From the NCBI RefSeq assembly GCF_001194135.2, contig NC_068986.1, forward strand, positions 23,253,512 through 23,313,166: a stretch of DNA of 59,655 nt. Reading direction: 5' to 3'. The translations under genes and the position numbers were made by a program. Source of the stretch: Octopus bimaculoides. Lineage: Eukaryota. Each line of letters opens with the position of its first letter. Position 1 is the stretch's first letter. This document shows positions 12,542 through 24,000 of this stretch, piece after piece. The notes beneath the pieces were generated by a model. It saw only the letters and a list, made by a program, of their open reading frames with translations, did no database searches and was not told where the DNA came from.

Positions 12542-13396
12542 CTCTCACAGACATATTCAATTTATATGAAGAGACTTATGTTAACATATCTGTAGGTGAA
12601 CATAGCTAAGGCTGAGTACACACGCACATACATACACACACACACACACACACATGTATACACACACACATGTATACACACACATGCATGCACATATACA
12701 CACACACATGTATATACATGCGCACATGTACATACACACACATACATTCACACAATATGAAGAGATTTGTGTCAACAGGTCTGTAGGTTGAACATAGCTA
12801 AGGCTGAGTGTGCACACACACACATACACACACACACACAAACACACACAAACACACACAAACATACACACACACATACGCACATGCACCCCCCTACACA
12901 ATAAACAGTAAATGCTTTTCTCTTAAATTATTTACCAATCCCATTCATGTGTTCGGACCTCTCTTTTTCTCTCTCTCCCCCCTCTCCCCCCTCTCTCTCC
13001 CTCTCTCTCTCTCTCTTCCCCTCACACCCTTCTTCACATTTCCCTCCCTTTCCATTCCTCTGCTTTTCTATCACCCATTTTTCTCTCTCTTATTAGTATA
13101 CAATACTGCAATATAAACAAACAGCTGTGTGTTGGTGACAAGTCACACTAGTAGTACTACTACCAGCACTGTTGCTGAACCCTAGGTCATCACGAATCCA
13201 AGAGAGCTGCAAGAGATCAAGGGCATTTCAAGCCATAATCATTCTGTCTTTTTCCTATGTGCTGAGTACCCAGGAACCATATTTCATAACATGTCCTTTT
13301 CAGAGATGGTGTGTGTGTGAGGGAATTAGTTTGGGAGATTTAGCTGCTATTTCTAGTTAGTTGAGTGACCACATAGAAGCTCTGAATGATGGATAC

Positions 13397-13817
13397 TCTC
13401 TTTTACTCTTTTACTTGTTTCAGTCATTTGACTGTGGCCATGCTGGAGCACTGCCTTTAGTCGAGCAAATCGGCCCCAGGACTTATTCTTTTGGAAGCCT
13501 AGTTCTTATTCTATTGGTTTCTTTTGCTGAACCGGTAAGTTACGGGGACGTAAACACACCACCATCGGTTGTCAAGCAATGTTGGGGGGATAAACACAGA
13601 CAGACAAACACACACACGCACACACACGCATACATATATATATACATATATACGACGGGCTTCTTTCAGTTTCCGTCTACCAAATCCACTCACAAGGCTT
13701 TGGTCAGCCCGAGGCTATAGTAGAAGACACTTGCCCAAGGTACCATGCAGTGGGACTGAACCCGGAACCATGTAGTTCGTAAGCCAGCTACTGACCACAC
13801 AGCCACTCCTGTGCCTG
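13397..13817 (-). mobile_element. SINE family A, full length, well conserved
   Basis: Reverse complement of ggcacaggagtggctgtgtgg...gaaagaagcccgtcgtata...gactgaaacaagtaaaagagtaaaagag. Confidence 0.9.
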
Positions 13818-13891
13818 TTCAACATTGAATTAGATTAATCTTGTGTTACACCCAGTGTATATATGATCATTGAACATGGAAGAAAATACTA

Positions 13892-14330
13892 TGGAGTAGT
13901 TTGTTGCATGTTGGTATTGAGGTGTGTGTGAGAGGGTTTGTGGGCAAATATACCTATGGACTCTTGAAATGACTCTCAACTTCTTGGAGAAAGAAGATTT
14001 AAGAAGAGCCCTTAAGGCAATGGCAGAAACAGGTGAGAAAAGTTACAACTGGTTTTGGTCAAGGAAGAATGGAAATGAATTTTAAAAGGCATAATTTATC
14101 TTACTATCAACTGGTGTCTCTGACTGAACTGGTTACAACACCCAAAGTACCCTGGTACCCTGGCTCTGGCGTACCTTAACCATCCAGGATGATTGCAATG
14201 TAGACAGCAGAATGTCACAACCGAGGAGTATCGAGGAATCATTACCTGGATCTGGTCTGGCCTCCTTAGAATGTAAGGAGTTAAGGGCCAAAACAGTTGG
14301 ATGAGAGTCTTTCTAGTAGGTTCCGAATTT
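13892..14330 (+). mobile_element. Relic of the C-terminus and 3' UTR of an RLE-endonuclease non-LTR element (HERO-like)
   Basis: Two frames give WSSLLHVGIEVCVRGFVGKYTYGLLK* and ..EDLRRALKAMAETGEKSYNWFWSRK. This resembles the xEVGCRGF...A(E)E(A)EKxSxWxWxK pattern I recall for HERO-clade elements. Confidence 0.5.
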
Positions 14331-14999
14331 AGAAATTGAAGCACCATTGGGGTGGACTCAGTCTTTTAACAATCTGGTGGTGATGGTGGTGGTGGTGAGA
14401 GAGACCAATTAAATCAAGTAACAGTGAACTAATAAGATTGATTGAATCAACTATATCCCTCCATCAAAATTCACATCTTTGTATCTTGTTTTTATTTTCA
14501 GAAGTAATTAAGTTTCTTTTCTTTCAATAAAAAAATACTTTTTGGTCCCATTTTTTTCTTGTATCACATCTCTTATCATATTTTAACATAAAGAGGGTTT
14601 TTTTTTGTTACTGAGCCCTTCAGTTGCTGTTAGAGAGAAAGGTGAAGTTGGTGTGGGGTACAGTTCTGCCTTTCAGTCAGTTTCCTGAAATGAGGGTTTA
14701 TTTTAGTGAATTTCTATTCGTTGATGAATTTTAAAGATATCTGGACAGTCACTTTTAGAATGCCTTTGATCGTTTGTCTGTTTGGCCAGGGCTGACCTCT
14801 GGCTTAACTCCAACAACAACAACAACATCAATAACACCAACAGTTAAAAATTAATCCTTTAATTTAGTTATCTCATATTAATGATTCTACTATTTGATAA
14901 GTCTGTTCAAACTTTCTTTTAACTTTAGATAATCCTCATAGATGAATTATTGAAATTTGAAGATGACAAAGTATGTGTGTGTGAGAGAGAGAGAGAGAG

Positions 15000-15035
<36 letters not shown>

Positions 15036-15227
15036 TGTGTGTGATGAGATATAATTGCGTCAGTCTAATCTAACTGTTGCCAGTCAGTAGATAGTTCATT
15101 TAATTTGCTGTAATCGTAATAAGAATGTAAATTAGTGAACATTGGTACTGAAGGATAAGATAAGATTGAGGAATATATTGGTCTACAAATTAGTTTCTAA
15201 TTGTTAGGATTTTATGCATTTTGTTGA

Positions 15228-15632
15228 TAAGGCATGGTTGTGTGGTAAGAAGCTTGCTTCCCAACCACATGGTTTCAGGTTCAGTCCCACTGTATGGCAT
15301 CCTGAGCAAGTGTCTTCTACTATAGCCTCGGGTCGACATAAGCCTTGTGAGTGGATTTGGTAGAAGGAAACTGAAAGAAACCCATCACACACACACACAC
15401 ACACATACGCACACATATATACGTATATTTTTGTGTGTCTGTGTTTGTTCCCCTTCCATTGCTTGACAACTGATGTTGGTATGTTTACGTCCTCGTAACT
15501 TAGCAGTTCAGCAAAAGAGACTGTTAGAATAAGTACTAGGCTTACAAAGAATAAGTCCTGGGGTCAGTTTGCTTGACTAAAGGCAGTGCTCCAGCATGGC
15601 CGCAGTCAAACAACCAAGACAAATAAAAGAAA
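15228..15632 (+). mobile_element. SINE family A, full length
   Basis: Head, internal (CA)/(TA) tract and tail. Ends about 105 bp upstream of the first visible ACBD5 exon. Confidence 0.88.
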
Positions 15633-15737
15633 GAATATGGTTGTTGATGTATTTTGGTCATATTCATATTTTTAACCCTCATTGTCTGCTTTGATTATGT
15701 TAACTCAATGTGTTGTCTGTTCTTGTTCTGTCAACAG

Positions 15738-15858
15738 GGTCCTTTCAACCTTCAAATGAGATGTTGTTGAAGTTTTATGCCTTCTACAAACAAGCAACAG
15801 AAGGTCATTGCACAGCTCCGAAACCAAACTTTTGGGATGTGGTCAAGAAAGCCAAATG
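15738..15858 (+). CDS. ACBD5: ACBD5 exon: ACB domain part 1
   Basis: tcaacAG|gg tcc ttt caa... translates (G)[39 protein letters not shown](W), ending TG|GTagct. Matches the ACBP fold motif [12 protein letters not shown]. Confidence 0.95.
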
Positions 15859-16535
15859 GTAGCTATTGACCCTTTAAGTTATTTTTATTTGCTCTTGTCA
15901 TTTGCTTTGTTCTTTGCTTATTTGTTTATTTGTTTTGTTCTTTGGCCACATGTTGGCTCTCATCAAGTGCACTTATGATTGAAGTCAGCACTTGGTGGGT
16001 AGTACTCAATACATTGTAGATAAAGTAAATGTAGAATTCTTTTTTTTATATATTTATTAATTCAAAAGTTCACATTAAAATCTTTTTGATTGAAAGCCCT
16101 GTTTAGTGTGACATCTCCTTTTCCATAGATCTGGACTAAGAAGAATAAAGAAATCACACTTGGGAAGACTTGGCTTGAAATGCCTATAGCATAACTACTT
16201 GAATACACGCATACACATACAAATGTATATATGCACACACACACACACACACACACACACGTATATATATATATATATATATANNNNNNNNNNNNNNNNN
16301 NNNNNNNNNNNNNNNNNNNNNNNNNNNNNNNNNNNNNNNNNNNNNNNNNNNNNNNNNNNNNNNNNNNNNNNNNNNNNNNNNNNNNNNNNNNNNNNNNNNN
16401 NNNNNNNNNNNNNNNNNNNNNNNNNNNNNNNNNNNNNNNNNNNNNNNNNNNNNNNNNNNNNNNNNNNNNNNNNNNNNNNNNNNNNNNNNNNNNNNNNNNN
16501 NNNNNNNNNNNNNNNNNNNNNNNNNNNNNNNNNNN

Positions 16536-16582
<47 letters not shown>

Positions 16583-18406
16583 TCAGAAGTCAAAAAACGT
16601 ATAGTAATAAACAAATGAACAGCAAACAGACACAAGGTCAGGTTGGAAAACATATACGAAATGCACAGATCAATGGAAAACAAGCACGGAAGGTCACCAA
16701 CCTTTCATCAGTTATTGGTCAGGGTGTAAGACACAATTTCGTGCTGTTGTTGATAATATTCCTTCTATATAAATGACCAAGGACTGAGATGTCTGGTGCA
16801 TTTCTATTCTCAAGAAGAGCCATCCACTTCTGTAGAATTGATACCCGTGCTTTTTCCACATTAAAACCATTGGTGCTGGTGCCTTATTTAAAATGCACCC
16901 AGTACACTCTGTAAACTGGTTGGCGTTAGGAACGGCATTCAGCCGTAGAAATCATGCCAGAACAGACAATGAAGCCTTGTGCAGCCTCTGGCCTTAGCTC
17001 TTGTCAAACTGTCCAATCCATGCCAGCATGGAAAAGGGATGTTGATGATGATGATGATGATGATGGTAGATAGGCACAAGAATGGTTGTATGATTAACCA
17101 GCTTTTTACTCATCTGCACCTCCACTTTATTAATGAACAGATAAAGTATAATGTTTGCATCCATATATTTCTTCTGTCTTTGTCATAAATTTGACGTATT
17201 TAACCCTTTTGATACCAACCCGGCTGAAACCGGCTCTGGCTCTGTAGTACAAATGTCTTGTTTGCATAAGTTCTGAATTAAAATCTTCCACCAAACCTTA
17301 GTCACAATTTATGTTCCTAACACTAGCTGAATGGTAACTAAGTTATTTTACTAAATTCTTTGTTATATTTAAAATTAATTGAAAGAAACACAGAGCATCT
17401 CAAAATAAATACAGTAATGAAAGGGTTAAAAAGGAGCAAGTGCAATATGTATTTGCCCACCCACTTTTGTCATCCCTCTTTTTCCATCCTCGCAGGCCCC
17501 TCCTAACACTACTCTGTAGGACATCAGACAACGAAAGTCTAATTGAATGANNNNNNNNNNNNNNNNNNNNNNNNNNNNNNNNNNNNNNNNNNNNNNNNNN
17601 NNNNNNNNNNNNNNNNNNNNNNNNNNNNNNNNNNNNATTTACAGGGAAGCATGGAATAAACTTGGAAAGATGTCCAAGGAGGAAGCAATGTCATGTTATG
17701 TGGATCAACTAAAAACAGTGAGTAAACAAGCTGTGTGTACAATTTTTTTTTTTTATGTCTTCATTCTTTAACCCTTTACTATTTAGATTACTCTGTTAAA
17801 TGTGATGCTTATTAATCCACATTATTTTGAATTAATCATGTAGCATCTTGTAGCTTGAAGATTTTGACGAGGCAATTGTTTATTTTCAGAATGATATTGT
17901 AAGGCAAGTGTAGAAGGTTACATTTGGCCAGTTTGATCATGAAATAGGTAGAATATTTGGGCTGAATACAGCCAGATTAAATGGTAAAGGATGAAATATT
18001 GATTTCTTTAATCATTTATAAATACGGAAATATCAAAACAAGACAAGTATTGTTGAGTAGTGCTTCTGGTCACTTTGTTTTGATTCTTGGTTGAAACCAT
18101 TTCATTTATCTTCAGCTGTTAATTCTTTCGGAAAAGAGATGAACGTTATAATTCTACCTCTATTTTTATCAACTCATAGATTTCAGGCTTATGCAAGAAT
18201 TTAGTTTTAAAACTTATATCACTCCTGAAAATATATTTCAGAGTAGGAGTGGCTGTGTGGTAAAGTAGCTTGCTTACGAACCACATGGTTCTGGGTTCAG
18301 TCCCACTGTGTGGCACCTTGGGCAAGTGTCTTCTACTACAGCCTCAGGCCGACCAAAGGCCTTGTGAGTGGATTTGGTAGATGGAAACTGAAAGAAGTCC
18401 ATCATA

Positions 18407-18455
<49 letters not shown>

Positions 18456-19988
18456 TTATGTGTGTGTGTTTATGTGTCTGTGTTTGTTCTCCAACATCGC
18501 TTGACAACCGATGCTGGTGTGTTTACGTCCCTGTAACATAGTGGTTCTGCAAAAGAGAACCGATAGAATAAGTACTAGGCTTACAAAGAACAAGTCCTGG
18601 GGTTGATTTACTCGACTAAAGTGGTGCTCCAGCTGAGGACTGCAAAAGTTTCAGTTTCTACAAAAACAGTGCCAGTGTGAGATGAGTTTGAGAGAGTTTA
18701 GGAATTGTGCCGTGATGTGATTACAGAGGTTGATGGCTTTTGGAGAGGGACTAAGTAGGATAGATGCCCTCAGTGCAAGAAATATTGTCAGAAAGTTGTT
18801 GATGGTTGGAGAAGCAGATATATTTGGAAGTGGATGGTGGGGTGGAGGAGGAGGGAGACTGAATGAAAGGTACTGGAAGATGTTAACAACGAAGTCTTTA
18901 TTGCTAATACCCAGAGGAGAGAGGTAAGTTGTAGGTAGAGTGGATACTCCTTATGTGCAGAAAGGCATCTTTCGGAATGGATATTCAATGTGAAGTGTAG
19001 TCTGAACAGTAGACATGGACTTTAGATAGGAGTTAAAAGATTTTCACATTGGAGAAAAATAAAACGTAGGATGTTTTTTTTATATGATAGTGTCTCAAAT
19101 AAGGCTTGAGGCCTCTGTGGTGTAAGGATCTAGAAAGAAGTGGGTAAAAAAGGGGTCCTACAAATTCAAAAGAAATTGATTGACAAGAAGCTTAGAAGAC
19201 TGAATATCATAGACTAATGAAAGACTAGATGATGGGAGTGAGTTCCAGAGAGAAGTAGTTTGAGGAATGAAACTATTAAAATAAAAGGAGTTACGACTAA
19301 CAGGTAGCTTGACTGAGAAGCAATGCACATGGGAAGAGAAGTGGGTGATGAGTAATGTGTTTAAAAAGCTTGAAAGAAGGTAGTAGACCATAGAGCTTAT
19401 CTGTGCAATGACCATGGAAATAACTACAGAAAAGACAAAATGACGATGCATTCTGACACTGATTCAAAGGCTCTGAACTAGTTGAAAGAAGAGCATTTGT
19501 GTGTTAGTAGGAAGTGATATGAGGGATTGTGTTGGTCTGAGATGAGAAGGAAAAATTGTTCAGCAGATTTAGTTCTAGTTTTTGGCATCTTTGGAAAATG
19601 CAAAGGGTGATGATGAATTGAGAGGTGACAGGAAACCCGTTGGGGACCTGGTCTCAATGCCTGCAGCAAAGTGAACTCCTCTAAAGGCATGTATATGCCA
19701 GGTGGGGTAGTGTGTTAAACTGGGTAACATAGTGTAACTGGTATATAGTTACAGAAGGGGTGGGGTGGGGTGTAGGGAAAGAAAGTGACCAGTGTGACAC
19801 TTACCTATATATGAGTAAAGGACATCGGAGAAATGAGGTCAGAGAATCCAAGAGTTAAACAATGCAGGATGTATTAATAGCTGCTTAATAGGCTGTGAAG
19901 CCTAACATTTACTTATTCCTACAGCATGTTTTTGAAAAAACAAAGTATTGAGGGCAATAGCAGAGGGAGAAGATGAAGAAGAGAGAGA

Positions 19989-20034
<46 letters not shown>

Positions 20035-20547
20035 GAGCGAGCAGACAGTGTCAGTTACTGTTTAAACTGCCTGATAAAACAGTGTAACAAATACAATGAA
20101 TGGAAGTTTAAAAACATATTTTGATGGACCACTTTGCCTAAGGCTTCACAGCAATATGACCTGTCTTTTGAGGAAAATGTTTGTGAGTAATGATGTTATT
20201 TCATTGAGAGAGTGATTTACAGCAGACAACATAGTGACATGGTTGTCTCACATCACATTCTGGTGCAGTGTGGATTAAGTTGTATTATTTTGATTTAGTA
20301 TAATATCTGTTTATATTTACATGGTCAGTTAAATGTTTTTCAGTTGCTGTTTATTTTATGGATGTTTCTGTGTTTGATAAATTTATATGAATGTGTGTGT
20401 GTGTATGTATACATATATGTGTGTGTGTGTGTGCGTGTGTATATACATATATGTGTGTGTGTGTATGTATATACATATATGTGTCTGTGTATGTATATAT
20501 GTATGTACATGTATGTATATAAGTATGCACATGTGTATATATATGTA

Positions 20548-20585
<38 letters not shown>

Positions 20586-21007
20586 NNNNNNNNNNNNNNN
20601 NNNNNNNNNNNNNNNNNNNNNNNNNNNNNNNNNNNNNNNNNNNNNNNNNNNNNNNNNNNNNNNNNNNNNNNNNNNNNNNNNNNNNNNNNNNNNNNNNNNN
20701 NNNNNNNNNNNNNNNNNNNNNNNNNNNNNNNNNNNNNNNNNNNNNNNNNNNNNNNNNNNNNNNNNNNNNNNNNNNNNNNNNNNNNNNNNNNNNNNNNNNN
20801 NNNNNNNNNNNNNNNNNNNNNNNNNNNNNNNNNNNNNNNNNNNNNNNNNNNNNNNNNNNNNNNNNNNNNNTTGCTTTATATTACATTAATCTTAATCTTA
20901 ATCTTATTACGGCCAGAGTTCTTTCGTCACACTTCTGTGACCTCATCAGTGGTCCTTTGTTTCCTTCTTTCTTATGTGTGTCTCACCTTGCTAACTATCA
21001 GCCATTT

Positions 21008-21045
<38 letters not shown>

Positions 21046-24000
21046 TGTACATGTATGTATATATGCATGTACATGTATGTATATATGTATGTACATGCAT
21101 GTATATATGTATGCACATGTATCTATATATATGTATGTACATGTATGTATATATGTATGCACATGTATCTATATATATGTATGTACATGTATGTATATAT
21201 GTATGCACATGTGTGTATATGTGTGTATATTCTTAGCCTAGTTCTCTGTCAGTTACGACAAAGAGTTTTCCATTTGATTCAACCTACCGAACAGCCTCCT
21301 CATGAAAGTAAACATATAAGTGACTGAGCATTCCACAGCATTTCTCAAGGAGACTGAGCGTGACACAGAATGTGCAAGGCTGGCCCTTTGAATCACAGAG
21401 ACAATTCATTTTTGCCTGCTGAGTGGCTTACTGGTTAAGTGATTTGGCTCACATCCATGGAGAAGCAGATATATTTGGAAGTGGATGGTGGGGTGGAGGA
21501 GGAGGGAGACTGAATGAAAGGTACTGGAAGATGTTAACAACGAAGTCTTTATTGCTAATACCCAGAGGAGAGAGGTAAGTTGTAGGTAGAGTGGATACTC
21601 CTTATGTGCAGAAAGCACACACACACACACCTACATACACAAATGCACTCATGCACAGACACATATACATAGTTATGATATATATGAGCGAGACATCCTC
21701 TCTGACCCATCTACAGAGATAGTAACTTTGATTAAGAACAGGTTTAGACTCAGATGACCTGTTCAACCTGTATGGAAAAGCTGACATAAACTTATGATGA
21801 TGATGATGACGATGGTGCTGGTGCTGGTGCTGGTGGTGGTGATGGCAGTAGCAGCAGTGGTGGTGGTGGTGGTGGTATTGATAATACATACGAGAAGTGA
21901 CAAAACAGTTACTGTTCTCCTGATTTCACTCACAAGGCTTTAGTTGGCCTGAGTCTATAGTAAAAAACACTTTGCTTAAAATACTGCACAGTGGGACTGA
22001 ACCCAAGACCACATGATTAGAAAGCAAATTCCGTAACCACATAGCTATATCTGCATCCCATGTCTAGATGATAGCTTGATGTAAGTTTATACATCTTCAC
22101 ATGGTCACCTAATGTATCTGTACCTTATATTAGCATTCCCAAAGTCTGTTTCATTTTTTTTTGTATTAGAAAGATTGCTTCCCGACCTTGTGTTTCAGGA
22201 TCAGTCACACTGCATTGCACCTTAGGTAAGTGTCTTCCCCAGGGTGACCAAATGTCTTCTCCAGTGTGACGAGACATCTTTCCCAGGGTGACCAAAAGTC
22301 TTCCCCAGGTGACCGGATGTCTTCCCCAAGGTGACCAAATGTCTTCTCCAGTGTGACCAGATGTCTTCTCCAGTGTGACCAGATGTCTTCCGCAGGGTGA
22401 CCAAATGTCTTCCTCAGGTGACCAAATGTTTTCCAGAGGGTGACCAAATGTCTTCCCCAGTGTGACCAAATGTCTTCCCCAGGGTGACCAAATGTCTTCC
22501 CCAGGGTGAGCAAATGTCTTCCCTAGGTGACCAAAGTCTAGTGAATAGATTTGGTAGATATAAACTGAAAGAATTCCTTTATATGTGTGTGCTTGTGTCT
22601 CCACCTGTACTGCTTGACAACAGGTATTAGTTTGTCTATGTCCCCGTAACTTAGTGCCCCATAAGTACTGGGGGGGGGGGTTGATTTGATTGACTAAAAC
22701 CCTTCAAGGCAGTAGTACACTTGCATGGCTGCTCTCTAATCACTGAATCAAGTAAAAAAGATAAAAACTGGTTTTCCTTTGAATGTTGCAGATTGTTGAA
22801 GCCATGCCTCAGACTCAGTTAGTTGCCGAATTTGTTGAGAAACTCGGCAATTTTTATGAATTGGTTGATGACAAAGCTATTGGTGAGAAATCTGAAGAGA
22901 ATGTTCGAAAACTGAATGGAGATGTGGCAAATGGTGATGTCTTCAAGTCAGAACCAATTGCATTAACAAATAAAGGTAATGTAACTCTACTTGATTGACT
23001 CTTGTTTTTTTTTATGTGCATGACATCCCTGAGCAATTAACCTCAATCATATGTCATTTCTTTTTTAAATATGCTAATTTTTCATGCCTCATCTTGTACA
23101 TTATAATACAGCTACTTAGTGAGTCTCTCATCAAGACTTTGGTAAGTGCAGTGAAGTTTAAGCTTCATTAAGGAGGTCCCATAATACAGAAACATGCCCT
23201 GAGTTGTCTCTTTGTGTTGAAATTTATCAAAATAATATTAATCATTGAACTAATGCTGTCATTTCCTTACTGCACAAGTATTTCTTGTTAAGTTTTTGAG
23301 GCCTGTCACATGGAATTATTTACACTAACACTACCACTAACAGTGGTATAAATACATTCTTTTCGTTGATGCAATCTTGATGTTAGGTAATAATGTTAGT
23401 TTGTCTGAATTGAATATAGACATCTAGCTACTGACTTAGTGGAAGCCCACAAGATTATCTGCTCTTTTTCCAATCATAGCTTCTGTTTCTTTTTTGAATT
23501 CAGTATATTTACTACCCATGGACATGCTTATAAATGCAAGAACAACACAACAGACAGACCTTTCAAAAATATTTTTCCATCCTCAGAAAAGCATGGAGTA
23601 AACTACCGTTGTCAGTTGTTTTCAAGAAGGTTACTGCTAGTTCTCACCAGCAAAGGGCGTTGATAGAATAAGTACCAAACCTAAAAAAAATTAAGCACTA
23701 GAGTTGATTAATTCAACTGGAAATTCCCAAACGTAGTGCTCCAGCATGGATGCAGTCTAATAACTGAAACAAGTAAAAAAATTCAAGCTATGACTAGAAT
23801 GAAACAATGTATTCTTTTCTACTCTAGGCACAAGGCCCAAAATTTTAGGGGAGGGGGCTAGTCGATTAGATTAACCCCAGTACACAACTGGTACTTAATT
23901 TATCAACCCCGGAAGGATGAACGGCAAAATCGACCTAGGCAGAATTTGAACTCAGAACGTAAAGACAGACGAAATACTACTAAGCATTTTACCTGGCATG

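Noticed and set aside
13969-14032. ATG-initiated, phase-1 candidate first exon MTLNFLEKEDLRRALKAMAET(G)
   Set aside because: No resemblance to the ACB N-terminal helix. The frame continues past the donor with retroelement-like sequence, so it is better explained as a LINE relic.
22892-22910. CUGAAGA-GAAUGUUC-GAAA hammerhead-like string inside an ACBD5 exon
   Set aside because: Stem II has only a 2-nt loop, and there is no stem III/NUH or stem I. It is explained by codons SEENVRK.
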